DNA of 64,000 bases, taken from the NCBI RefSeq assembly GCF_036321535.1, contig NC_087447.1, forward strand, positions 43,774,001 through 43,838,000, read 5' to 3'. Made by a program: the position numbers and the translations under genes. Every line of letters begins with the position of its first letter. Within the stretch, counting starts at the first letter, position 1. Of this stretch, positions 38,274-50,589 are shown in pieces. Source of the stretch: Camelus dromedarius. Taxonomy: Eukaryota. The notes below the pieces were generated by a model that saw only the letters and a list, made by a program, of their open reading frames with translations, did not search any database and was not told the DNA's origin.

Positions 38274-41200
38274 AGTTTTCATCCACACATTTTTAATGTG
38301 TACCAGACGAGTACCAGGCACTGTGACAGTTGCTGGGATACAGACACCATGAGGAAGACACACACTCTGCTTTCAAAGGGCTCAAAGAAGGAGAGATAAA
38401 AATGGGAGAAGCTGAACAACAGGAGCAAGGAGGAGGGAAGGATGGACTTGGTGTGGATTGAGGAGGTCTACAGAGAAGGTTCTGAAAGATGTCTTGAGCT
38501 GGGCCTTTTAGGCTGAAGGGGAGGCCATCCAGAGAGAAGGAGGGAAGGCCATTTTGAGCAGAGCGAAGGGCCTGGGCAGAGGTCGGGAAGGGCACTGGAG
38601 ACACTGTCAGAATTTGGTGTGAGGAGTGGATGAGGGGAGTAAGGCTGGGGAGGGGAGAGTGGGGTCTGCGAGGCGCGACAGCCCCTCCTTGTTCTCAAGC
38701 TGGGAGGGATGGGCTCTTTTACTGCAGCCCCAGACTTAGAGTAGCAGGATCTCTTGTGAGTGGCACTCAGTCCCACATTCAACTGAATTTCAACACATGG
38801 CCTCTTCCAATACAGACTAAGGGTAGTGACGCCACCGTCACAGAGAGACAGAGAACCAGAGTCACTTCCCTGGACACACCAAAAACAAAAAGCATACATG
38901 GAAACCATGGGAGAGCTGCAAACATTTTCAACTGGAACGGATGGACTGCATTTCCGAGATCAAATGTTCACCCGGTGAGGCTACCAGAGAAAGGAACACA
39001 AGTCTGAGCGTCACGGGCAGAGGACAGCCAGGTCTGCCTGGGGCCCAAGGCCCTGACATGTGTGCCTGGGTGTGGGCACAGCCTTACCTCTGGGTGTTCT
39101 TTTCTGGATCTAGGAGGACAACGTGAATGGATATTTGCCTGATATTGTGATTTGAATACAACGTTCCCAGACCGGCTGCTGCTCTGCTCCCAACTCCCCA
39201 CTCGCATCAGGCTCTGGTCCCAGGGCCCCTTCTCCAGTTTGTCCATCCCTGAGTCCTTCCTCATCAGGAAGGCAAACTGTCAGCAGGCTCAGCCCCATCC
39301 AGGAATGTGATGGGGTCTGGAGTTGCTGTGCTGCTGTTGGCCAACGAGGCCACGTGCCTCATTCCCTCACTGGTTGACTACCTACTGCAACAGGAACTTG
39401 ACAGATCTTTAAAAGAACCCTCTGAAGTTCTTTCTTGAAGCATACAGAGATGTCATGAGATTCACTGGCCCAAAACCACACGAAGTGTCAGACCTGGGAT
39501 CCGAACTCGAGCCTTCTGACTACAAAGTTTAAGCTTTAGCGATTACATCATTCTTAAACGCACTGCGGAAGCTCAGTCTGTATACCTGAGCTTCTGCCTT
39601 GGTTTTCTGGACACTCTCAATCTAGCTAGATAAGGTGACTTTCAGAAAACCCAGTCCAAGCTAGTGGCATATAGCAGGTACCCTATCCCACTTACGACCT
39701 CCTACCTTCTTATCCATTTCTCTGGATTCCCTTGGCCAGTGACCTGCATGTGTATCTCATTTGACCCCATTCTTCCCTGTTGTGACCTCAGTTTCACTTC
39801 TCCATTTGAGCAGCCCCTTCAGACTGCTTTGGGTAGAGCTCTCCCAGAGTGCCCAGCCTAAGGGACCACTCTACATCTGGTTTGTAATGGCCTTACCTAT
39901 GGCCTGCTTAGAGGGCCGGGCCATGACCTCAGCCCATTTCCTACTAGTCCCCGTACCAGGAATACCAAAAGCAGAGGCCACGCTGCCAATGGCCACATCA
40001 CACGACAGCTCCCAACTGACCTCCAGAGCTAGGCTTTGCTCACTTGGTGAGTTTCTTTGTACACTATTAGCTGTAATCAAGCTCAGCCCCTGGGAATACT
40101 GTGGAGAGGCCAAATGGTCTCCCCCTTCTTCAGCTGGGTTAGTTTTCTGGGCCCTGATCCTGCCTGGCCCCAGCATCCTTGTTTCCCTCTTCTGGCCAGT
40201 GCCACTAAGGCCCCAGAACGCTTTAATCTACCAGCCCACAGGATGACGGGATAAAGGAGTTTCAACACATTTGGCCGACTGGTAGGGTCATCTCCACCAA
40301 GGGTCTTATAAGAGAAACTTCTTGGAAACAAATTTCTCCCAGGGAAAGTCAGGTATACAAGTCAGGTGTGAGAAAAGTAGTTGAGTTGTTCCAAGAAAAG
40401 GGCAGTTTTGAGTATGGCATGGGTGACTTGTGTTGTGTGTGGCTCAGCCCCTTTTGTCTGTCTTGTGGGGAGAAGACTGGAAAAACTCAAACAAACAAAC
40501 AAACAAATACCAAAATAAGCAAATTACAACACCTTTCTAAACTCTTATAACCTAATAAGCTGTTTCTCAGACAAGATCTCTGTTAAATGAGGTATAAGGG
40601 AAGACTTTTCTATAGTTCAGAGGAGCACTGATCCAGCAGGAGTTTGGGGGTGGGATGGGATGGTGGAGACTGCGGCATCAAGACCAGAGACAGCAGAGGT
40701 GGTTCAAGCACAGATGGCCATAAGGCCGCCTCACAGGTCCCAGTGCTGGTGTTAAGCCCACCTCAGCCAGCAGAAGCAGCAGCATCCGTGTAATCAGGCA
40801 GCACCAGGGGTTTAGAAGGTATCCGGAACTTCACTGGCATCACCAGGAAGTAGTGGTTACGATCTTAACTGAACAGAGAGAATTTTAAGCAAATTCAATT
40901 GTCCGGAGACATATGGATCTGATTCGCATTAAATTGAATTGAAACCAAAGATGAGAACTGTCCCAATGAAAACTGTAATGTGAAGTGACATTTCGATCAC
41001 CAAAATGACAGCTGATGTGAGACAGGTCACTGAAACTGACCCTAAATTAAGAACATGAAAAGATTAAGTGGATCATTAGGTGGTATCTGCTCGAGAATTG
41101 GAAAATGGGCTTTGATTACAGGAAGTAGCTGAGGGCTTTGAAATAAGAAGCCTGTCAAAAATTGAAGTGACTCATTACATGATTCAATCTTACTGTACTT

Positions 41201-41479
41201 AATATTGTTAAACTTGTATTTTAAATTTTTATTTAAAAAGCATGGAAATCTTGGGATCTCACTATTTATTACTTACCACAGCTCTGCAAGTATGTGAAGA
41301 AACATGTGCTATGCGCTCAGAATCTGAGTCTTCTCGACTTCCCCCAGGAGGGTATTCTTTAGTCTTCACTCCCCCTTGCCCCTTAAAGAATCAGTATGTT
41401 AAAGAATAAAGCAGTTTGAATGTAACTGCGTTTCCAGCCAGGAGACCGGGGCAACAGACAAAAACAAAAGAGTCCATCT

Positions 41480-41690
41480 GGGTAATAACTGCTATTTATT
41501 GAGCATTCAAGCACCTGACTTTATCCTGAGAGCTTTGCATACCTTATTCAATACATGCCTCACCCTCTGTGATAGATACCAAAGTTACTTTTTTACAGAG
41601 ATAACTGAGAAAAGCAAAACAACAAAGCTTGTAAGTGGCAGAGCCAGGATTTACGGATCTAAATGTGTGCTCTTAAGTACTCTGCCCAGG
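41480..41690 (-). mobile_element. MIR fragment
   Basis: tatttattgagca...tttacagagataactgag...gtaagtggcagagccaggattt. Confidence 0.7.
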
Positions 41691-43359
41691 ATGGCAAATT
41701 ATGGCACCATGAATGCCGATTCCATTATGGTGCCTTTCTAAAAAGGATTCTCAGTTCATAAAAGAATTCTGAACAGTCCAGACTTTGTAGGAAAGTGTGT
41801 TAAGGTCCATTGTCAAGTCAAACTTGAGGGGGAGGTGGTGAATGGTGACATGTGTGACAGGCAGGCTATTACTGAGAGGGATTCATCAGACACCAGCAAG
41901 AAGCAAGGGCTGTAAGTGAGGCACCATTCAAATGGTAAGAGATCTGTCATGGTCTTTCGGATGACGGGCAAGTTAGTGAATTACTGCAAGGAAAAACTTA
42001 CTCCACCTGATGAAGTTAGGTAGAGGATATTTGGGGTTGATTAGTCCAAATTTACACTCACTATATTTATTCATTAATTCGTTCAACAAGCATTTACTGA
42101 GCACCAGGCAAACGTGCTGACCACTAGAAACACAAAGATGCCAATGCACACGCTGCTCTTGACCAGCTCACAGTTGTCAGTAGCTGACATCACGGATGGT
42201 AAGAAGGAAGAGAGAGCAAATGAAGCCTCATCAGGAAGCTCGATTGTAACTGTGTGTGTATTCATGCGCCACCGGACGCGCACACATGGTCGCACATGCG
42301 CATAATTCCATCTAGTCAAATCAGGGAAGAAAAAGAAAACATCTATGATAAAAAACAAAAACTGGGTAAGAGTGAAAGTTGAAAGGGTCCTTGGATATAC
42401 GCGATGCACTGGATTGTGAAAACTCCATTTTTAAAAGCCTGAGGATATTTCCCACTGACAATGCAGCTGGCAAAAGCCACCCAAAAGAAGGGACTTCCCT
42501 TGTTAGTGCGTAGCTCTGGTGAAATCTCCCTAGGAGGCAGCCCATGCCCTGTCCCAGGTCTGAGCAGTCACCTACCTTTGCAGTTTGGGACTCAGATCTC
42601 TGAATGGCCATCTGTAATCTCATTCGCTATAGAGGACCTGAACAATAATTCTACTCCTGCTACTTGGAAAAGTAATTTTGTAGTGCCAGAAAGGTAAAAC
42701 AAATAAGAATTACAAATAATGAAGTAATGACGTATCTATATAAGTTATATTTATTTGAGTGTAATAACATAATTTTGCTTTATGTTTTAAAGGTAAATGC
42801 TTAATGGAATGATATAGTAGAAATTTACTAGACTTACGATTTTAATGCATATATTTAGGAGAACTTGTTAAATTTATAGTCAATGTTTAAATGCTCAGGA
42901 AAATCCAATGTATTAAATTTATGAGTTTGATTTTTCAGATGTTGAAATGCTTAAGGTAATTTAATCTAACTGTATAAAGATTTTATTTAATAGCATCATG
43001 AGTTAACAGTCCTTGAGAACAATTTTATTTAACACCTGCTGCGTTAGATAATTGAAATGTTTGCTTTGATCACATTTTAAATTTGTGACTTTAGTTTGAA
43101 ATGTTCAAGGGACTATAGTCAATCAACTGCTTATACAGTGCTTAAATATTAGAAGAATTTTATTTGCTAGATTTATAAGGTTTTTTCCTATTTAATTTGA
43201 AACATTTAAGAGAATTTGATTAAGTGTGAAATTGGTATTTAGAACTCTAGGGAAATTTAATTTGTCAAATTAATGAGCTAATTGAGAATTAAGCAAAGAA
43301 CAAGTGAAAATGAATGTTTTAATTTCAAAGCAAAATGATTATATTTATAATCATTATAA

Positions 43360-43510
43360 TAGTTAACATTATGTAGCATTTCATATGTCCTGTGCTAAGA
43401 AGATTATATATATTAATTCATTTACTCCTCACCACAATTCTGAGGTGGGCCCTATCATCATCCTTATCTTACAAATGAGGAAATCGAGGTACATAGATGA
43501 GAAATGACCG
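43360..43510 (-). mobile_element. MIR fragment
   Basis: tcatttactcctcaccacaattctgaggtggg...ttacaaatgaggaaatcgaggtacatag. Confidence 0.75.
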
Positions 43511-43523
43511 CTTTACCAAGCAC

Positions 43524-43876
43524 TATGGACTGGATTGTGTACCCCCAAATTCATCTTTGAAGATGAGGTCGTGGTGGGTAAGCAGGGTTAGATGAGGTCA
43601 TGGGGGGGGGCCCTGTGACGGGATTAGCGGACCTTGTGAGGAGAGACACTGTGGAGCTCTCGCTCCTGCTCCCTCTGTGTCTGTCTCCACCTGCCATGTG
43701 AGGACCCAGTGGAAAGCTGCCGTCTGCAATCCAGGAAGAGGGCTTTTTCACCAGGAAAAAGCTGGCGCCCTGGTCTCTAACCTCCTGCCTCCAGAACTGT
43801 GAGAAAACAAATTTCTGCCGTTTCAGCCACCCAGTCTCTGGTGCTGTGTCACGGTGGTCTGAGCTGCCTAAGACAG
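43524..43876 (+). mobile_element. MaLR LTR (MLT1A0-like)
   Basis: tatggactggattgtgtacccccaaattcat...cctccagaactgtgagaaaacaaatttctgccgtttcagccacccagtct...ctaagaca. Confidence 0.88.
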
Positions 43877-43879
43877 CAA

Positions 43880-44325
43880 GTATATTAGTTTTCTGGGGCT
43901 GCCGTAACGAAATACCACAAACTCAGGGGGCTCAAATCAACGGAGATTTACTCTCACAGTTCTGGAGGCCAGAGTCTGAAATCAGCATGTCAGTGGGGCC
44001 ATGCTCCCTCTGAAGGCTCTAGGTAAGAATTTTCCCTTGCTTCTTCCTAACTCCCGGCAATCCTTGGCTCCCTGGCTTATAGCTATGTCACCTCAATTCC
44101 TGCCTCTGTCATCACACTGCATTCTCCCTGAGTGTCCCTCTATGCCTTCACATCATCTTCTTATAAGAACACTAGTCACTGGATTCCATGCCCATCCTTT
44201 GGGGCCCAGGATGACCCCATTTTAACTTAACTAAACAGATCTGCAAAAACTCTGTTTCCAAATGAGGTCATGTTCTGAGGTTCCAGGTAGACAGGAATTT
44301 GGGGAGGGACATTATTTAGCCCTGT
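43880..44325 (-). mobile_element. MaLR LTR (MLT1B/C-like)
   Basis: tattagttttctggggctgccgtaacgaaataccacaaact...ctcacagttctggaggccagagtctgaaatc...ccatgctccctctgaaggctctagg. Confidence 0.88.
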
Positions 44326-44473
44326 ATCCCATATCACCAATATCCAGCACATTGGTAAACCCAGGGTCAGTTCTCAGTCCCCATCTTATTTTGAATTATT
44401 GGCAACATCTGACAGACCTGATCATCTCCTTCAAACAATTTTTTCCCTCTTGTCTTTGGATGTTCTCTTGATC

Positions 44474-44575
44474 TTTTTCTTTCTTTCATTCTTTTTTTTA
44501 ACGGAGGTGCTGGGGATTGAGCCCAGGACCTCGTGCATGCTAAGCATGCCCTCTACCACTGAGCTACATCCTACC
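44474..44575 (-). mobile_element. Vic-1-like SINE
   Basis: ggaggtgctggggattgagcccaggacctcgtgcatgctaagcatgccctctaccactgagctacatcc. Confidence 0.92.
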
Positions 44576-45103
44576 CACCAACCTCCATCTTGATTTTCTT
44601 ATTGCTTCAGTGACTTTCTCCTTCTCAGTCTCTTTTGGCTTCTCTTCTTTCCCCTACCTTTAAGCGTTGGAATATCCCAATTTTTAGTCCTTGGGCCTCT
44701 TCTCCTCTCCATTTACATTTCAACATTACAACTGCAGCGTGACCTACCTCTGGAATTCTAGATTTCTGCATCTACCCGCCACTTGATGTCTCCCTGTAGA
44801 TGTATCCAATACATGCTTCAAACTTAGTAGGTCAGACTCCTGATTGCCCCACATAGGTGCTCCATCTGCAGCCTTCCTTAGCTCACTTCATAGCAACTCC
44901 ATCCTCCAGTTGCTCAGGCCCCAACTGCTGGAATCATCCCTTTGCTTCTCTCTGTCACACCCTACATTGGGAAATCCTATTCGATCTCTTTCCAAAATAT
45001 ATCCAGAATGTAACCACTTCTTACCACTACCTCTGCTTCTACACTGGTCCAAGCCTCTATTGTTTCCATCTAGATAATAGCAGTAGACTTTTAGATGGTA
45101 AGC

Positions 45104-45235
45104 TTTTTTGGGGGAGGGATGTATTTAGGTTGTTTGTTTGTTTGTTTGTATATTTTAATAGAGGTGCTGGGGATTGAACCCAGGACCTCATGCATGTGAA
45201 GCACACACTCTACCACTGAGCTACTCCTCTGCCCC
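45104..45235 (-). mobile_element. Vic-1-like SINE
   Basis: gaggtgctggggattgaacccaggacctcatgcatgtgaagcacacactctaccactgagctac. Confidence 0.92.
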
Positions 45236-46076
45236 AGCAGACTCTTAAAGGTTCTCCCCACTCTCACTCTTGCCCCTATGTCTGATCCCAGCACAGAACC
45301 AGAGAGAACAGCTGTAAGCCCAGATCATGTCACATAGCTCTTCAAAATCCTGCACTAACATTCCTGTTCATCTCAAAGTATGAACCAATGTCCTTATGAA
45401 GATCTACTAGGTTCTATGCAACCTGGGCCCTACCCACCCTGTTCACCTTCCTGATCTCACTCCTGTTACTCTCCCTCTCATTCACCCTGCATCCCCCAGA
45501 CTGCTCTCCCCACTGTTCCTTGTGCAACCTTCAAGGCCTTCGTATTGGCTGTTCCCTCAGCCTGCAAATCCACATGGTGTGCCCCCTCATCCCCTTCAAG
45601 TGTTGGCTCAAATGTCTCAGCTCCCCTGAGGCCTACCACCACCTCCATTAAAATTAATCCCCCTCGAAAAAAACCCAACCAACCAACCAAAAAACCCCTA
45701 CCATGCTTTCAGTCCCTCTTCCTTACTTAATTGTATTTTTCATAGTATTTATCACCTTCAATATTACATATTACGTTCATTTACAATATTTATTTTGTGT
45801 TTCTCTCACTAGAATATAAGCTTTACGAGGGCAACATTTTTCATCTATTTTTTTCTCACAGATGTATACCCAGAGCAGGTACTCAACCAATATTTCCTGA
45901 TGAGTAAGTAAATGACTGGGTCCCCCGCTTCCCTCTGCAAAGTAATTGTGTTAAAGGCAGCTAAACTGATCATTGCTTGAACAGATGCCACAATACAAGA
46001 AAGGATGCAGGTAATGCAAAGAGGAGTCTTGACGGTTGCTGAGATAAGCAGCTGGTGATTATGAGCATGAAGGAGA

Positions 46077-46240
46077 GGGAAGAGGATGTAGCTCAGTGGT
46101 AGAGTGTGTGCTTCGCACGCACAAGGTCCTGGGTTCAACCCCTAGTACTTCCATTAATAAACAAACAAACAAACAAACCTTATTACCTCCTCCTCCAAAA
46201 AACAAGTAAATAAAATAAAATTAAATTAAAAAAAATAAAA
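46077..46240 (+). mobile_element. Vic-1-like SINE
   Basis: ggatgtagctcagtggtagagtgtgtgcttcgcacgcacaaggtcctgggttcaacccctagtacttccatt; TSD agcatgaagga at 46064-46074 and 46242-46252. Confidence 0.92.
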
Positions 46241-46599
46241 AAGCATGAAGGAATTCTGAGCTTCCTGAAGGAAACAGTCATGGATCTCCCAACCTGCTTT
46301 TCAGCTAAGATGATTCTTTGGCAGAGACCTTTATGAGAACTGTCTGGGCTTTTGTCTTGCCACAAATCTCAGCTGAGACAATGACCGGGAACTTAACCGC
46401 ACTGTCTTACCTCTCACGGATGTCACCCTGCACTTGAAGAAGTGGGGCTCCAGAAAATGGAGCTTCTCTGGCTTTCAGAGCCAGCCCTGGGTTACTTTTA
46501 TACTTTAATAGAACCTCTAGGCCTGTATATTTGGAAATTTGAAATGCAGAGTCCATTCAAAAAATCAGCATCATTCCCCAAGTTGCAAGATAGAAGAAA

Positions 46600-47230
46600 T
46601 TGGAACTCTATCCAACAAGACGCTGGCTTTGTGCCAGGCATTTTGCCAGGTACTGGTTATACAATGATGAGTAACAGTCTGTCCTCAAGGAGCATCTGGA
46701 TGCGCTGTGGATGACACGCACACAGATAATATCAAGTGGCACCGAATGTTACGTTAGGGGTGGGCGCAGGTTAGGAGGAGAGAATGCAGATGAGACATTT
46801 AACTCACAGTGGGAGGATCTCCAGAATGCTTCCTGAAGAAGATGACAGCTGAGCAGATGCTTAAAAGAAGAGTTGAATCTAGCCAAGCAATGTCGCATAG
46901 AAAGGATAGCGCACACACAGAAAAGACTTGAAGCAGGAGCAGGGGCATGGGGTGAATAAAAATCAGGGTACAGACCACTAGTAATTGGGCCTGGCCTCAA
47001 CATAATGCACAGAAGAGATGGGGGAGGAGTCACAGAGGACCTTGAATGCCAAGATAAAAACCTTGATCTTGTTCTGGATAAAGGACAGTTACTGAAGGAT
47101 TTTATGTACGGAAGGAGCATGGTCAGATTTGGAAGCTGTGTAGAGACTGGACTGGGGAGCACACTGGAGAGCAGGGAAATCAGAGTAAGTGACCATGTGG
47201 GCATGGCCAAAGCAGCCCTCATGCCTTGGT
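46600..47230. mobile_element. L2 fragment
   Basis: tgtgccaggcattttgccaggtactgg...gcttcctgaagaagatgacagctgagc...ccttgaatgccaagataaa...agcatggtcagattt. Confidence 0.7.
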
Positions 47231-50070
47231 AGTCCCCATCTTCCTGGGCAGTGAAGATGGGAAGGAGATAGCGGGCTTTGGCTCCTCAGAGCTCTATCTG
47301 GCTGGTCCCCAAACAGGACCAGAGAGTTTAAGTTCAGCATTTCCTGAAAAGGGACAAGTGAAGCTCTAAAAAAGAACAAAAGCCACAAATACCAAAGAGA
47401 TCACAAATGAAGAGTCGTATATCTACCTCCAACCCCCAGATGACCCTAAACATTAGCGCACAATAAAATGGATGCTAGATCTGTTCACCTGTGAACTTGA
47501 CTTCAGGATATTACCTTTATGGATGGTGGGATTTTCTGGCTAGTGAACAAGACCTCAATGTCCTCAAGCTCTCATCTGCCTGACACTGGATGGAGCTGCT
47601 CCCAGCCTGCTGCAGGTGTGGGTACCTTGCATTTCTCCTTGGGGTGCTTCCACCCACGGTGAGGAGCTGTGTGCAGACTGCATCTGTCTGCATCCTCCCT
47701 GGGGCACGCTCACACTGATCAGTCCCCTCCTGCCTTCTGACCATCACATACTGGAAACTTCTGTGGACCACAGAGGAAAGGCTCATCACCATCTCTATCC
47801 AAGGTTAGCAGTGTGCCCAAATCAGCTAAATAGAGTAAATGTTGAAAGATCCCACTTTTCACCAGGGGGAGGACACAATCCTAGACATCGAGGGGTTCAC
47901 GATCAAGAGAAAAGACAGATGTACCTAAGTTACTATAAATCTAGAGGTGGTAAGTGGTTGATGTGAATCGCAATTGAAGTCTTCTGGATACACTTTGTGC
48001 TAAGTCATGCTAAGTGGGGTGCAGGTCACAGAGGAGGTGGCACTTCATTTGAACCCTGAGGATCATGTGGGATTTATATGGTGAGAATGTAGAGGAAAAG
48101 CATTCTAGGCTGAGGAAGGCTCAAAATGGAAAATTAATTTAGGAAACTAAATAGGTATGAGCAGCCCCAGGAAGCCTCTGAAGGAGAAAGACCTGGCCAA
48201 GTCAGGGTTCTCCTTCTTAAGGAGAATGGCTTACAATGAGAAGGAAACGACCAGGGCTGCTGAAATCTATTCCGCAGACCACCTGACGGAGAGATGACAG
48301 GCACTGGGCGACCTCCGTCTCGGGCACCTGCTGGGGCTAATCTCACCTGACCAGAGGGGTGACCAGGAAGTGGTCGCTCACACCCAGAGTTCACACAGGC
48401 CAAAGAGCAGCTGTAGGACTTGCAGCCTCTTGTGACATCATGAGGGACAAAATACTGACGCATGACTGCCCTAAACGGGTCTTCACTCCGTCTCCCAGGC
48501 CCTTCATGCTCACCTTGCCTTTGCCAGGCGAGATTATGGATGTGTTTTTCCTTACCTTGGGAGGAGTTCTAAGAATTAGCTTAAACACTGTGATGCAGTT
48601 GTATGGAATGAGCACACCTGATAGGCTGAATAGAACTTAATTTTAAAAGTCAATTAAGTATGTGATAATACAAATAATATGATGTCTTACGGCTTCTGTT
48701 CCTGAGAGAGAGACAGAGATCCTTAAATGTGTTTGTTGTTTGAAAAGAGGGTATGACATAAGAACATTTATTTTCCCCCAAGGTATACAGGCCTATACTG
48801 ATATGTTTATTAATAACATTAAAATATTAATAATATTTTTGGTATTACTCCTGCCATTAGCTTTGCATCTCAAAGAGTCTCACAATATCAAAAAAAAAAA
48901 AAATCCTACCAGCACAATTACTTTTCTCTTATCTGAATATCTGCTCTCTTCTAAAAACTACACCTGATAGTAGACCGTGAAACCTCTCTCTCCACAACGC
49001 AATTAACGCTGGGCTTTGTGTGAATTAGGAACAGGAACCCAGAGAGAGCTGCTTTCAGCGTCACTTAGCCTGGCTCCCGGGTGAAGGAGCCAGCTGCAGG
49101 GCAGTCTGCATGGCCCTGGGAAGAAGCTCTTGGTGGGAGCTGGTGGGGTTAGATTATCGAAGGTGGAGCCTGGATGCTGTCTTAGCTTGAGAGGCTGAGC
49201 TCATGAGGCTGCACTATCCTGCATAATGAACAGTACATTGCTGATGGCAGTTTGCGGTCATCAGGGACAGAAGGAGGAGGATGTTTCTTTCCCAGGTTAC
49301 ATTTTCAGTTTTACAGGATGTTCTGTCTTGCAATCACTCAGGTCACCCCTAACCCTTAGGGGTCACTGAATGCCACAGCTGGCACCAGCTGTGCTTCAGG
49401 GAATTGAGGAGGGGCCATGTCCATGCCTGGGAAGAGCAGGGCAGGGGAGACTGGAGGCTGGAAGCAGCACTTCTGAGACCTGCAAAGATGGGCAGCAGAG
49501 AAGCCCGGGGCGCAGCTGGGAGGAGAAAGGGTGAGACATGTAGACAGACATTCTTCAGGGATTTGCTAAGCCGAGTAGGGAGAGGAAATCAGCTTAGGGC
49601 AGGCAGGAGGGCAGAGGCTTGGGTCAGACAACCTGAGGACCTTGGACTTTCACCAAGAGGCTGGAAATAGGTGAAAAGGAAAAAAAAGTGGCTGAGAGTG
49701 TAGCAAGGCTGGGGAAAGGGCGGCTAATTGACTGAATCAGGGGTTAGTGCCACCACCGCCTCCTCCCCGCGTTTCCCAGGCCTTTGCTTTGCTGTCTGCT
49801 TCTTGCTCCAGTTCTCCGTCAGGTGTCACCTCCCATCCACTCCTATCACATCCCTCTTCTGTATTTCCATCCTCGAACTTCTCATGACCCATTTTTGGTT
49901 GGTTTGTCTGTGAACTGTCTGTCTCCTCCACTAGAATGCAAGCTCCAGGGTGGCAGGCATCTTGCCTGTTGCTCAATACTGGTTTCTGTCACCTGGGAGA
50001 GCCCCTGGCCCAGGGCGGTGCAATGTGAATGCAGGCTGAATAAACACTGGGGTGCAGAGATCGGGACACC

Positions 50071-50589
50071 TGAGGACCACAGTGGGAACTGGTGCTAAAT
50101 ATATCTGTGAACAAAAAATACTGCAAAGCATATCAGTAAACAAAGAATGCTAAAGCCATCAAGTCATCAGCAGCTGCCCTCCCCCACCCCCTGAAGACTA
50201 GCCTGCAGCCTGGCCTCTGCAGCCACTCACAATGGTGCACTCTGAGGGGACTCAGAATAAGAAAGGACAGGATACTGGCCCTAGATAGCTAAGTACTTGT
50301 CAAAGGAATGAATTCAATGAGCCCAAATGTTTGCTTCCTCCCATACATAGAAAAGAGCTAAATTCTTTAACTTGAGATGCCTGGTTTTCTTCAGTTAACA
50401 AGTAATCTTTTAATGTTCCAACTACCTGGTCTTTGTTGTAAAGCTCCTGTATATCCTAGCTCCTCCCCTACCTCTTCGGAGCAGTCCCTCAGAGCGATCT
50501 AGGCTGTCATCTAGGCTGAGTCCTCAGAATTGTCTACCAAGTAAAACGTAACTCTCAACTTTTAGGCTGTGCATTTATTTCAGTTGACA
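50071..50589 (+). mobile_element. ERV1-class solo LTR
   Basis: tgaggacc...cagttgaca termini; flanks cacc (50067-50070) and tgcc (50590-50593) can both derive from a 4-bp TSD cgcc by CpG decay; AGTAAA at ~50540. Confidence 0.82.

Larger units (their letters stand above)
44340..45900. mobile_element. L2a-like element interrupted by two SINEs
   Basis: cagttctcagtccccatctta...ggcaacatctgacagacctgatca...ggcctcttctcctctc...aatatatccagaat...ctagaatataagctttacgagggca...gtactcaaccaatattt. Confidence 0.8.

Noticed and set aside
42690..43350. Very AT-rich block
   Set aside because: No ORF, periodicity or termini that I can identify; probably a decayed transposon or low-complexity DNA.
46077..46153. 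tRNA-Ala-like sequences as genuine tRNA genes (this and other copies)
   Set aside because: They carry AT-rich tails, TSDs and stem-breaking mutations, so they are SINEs.
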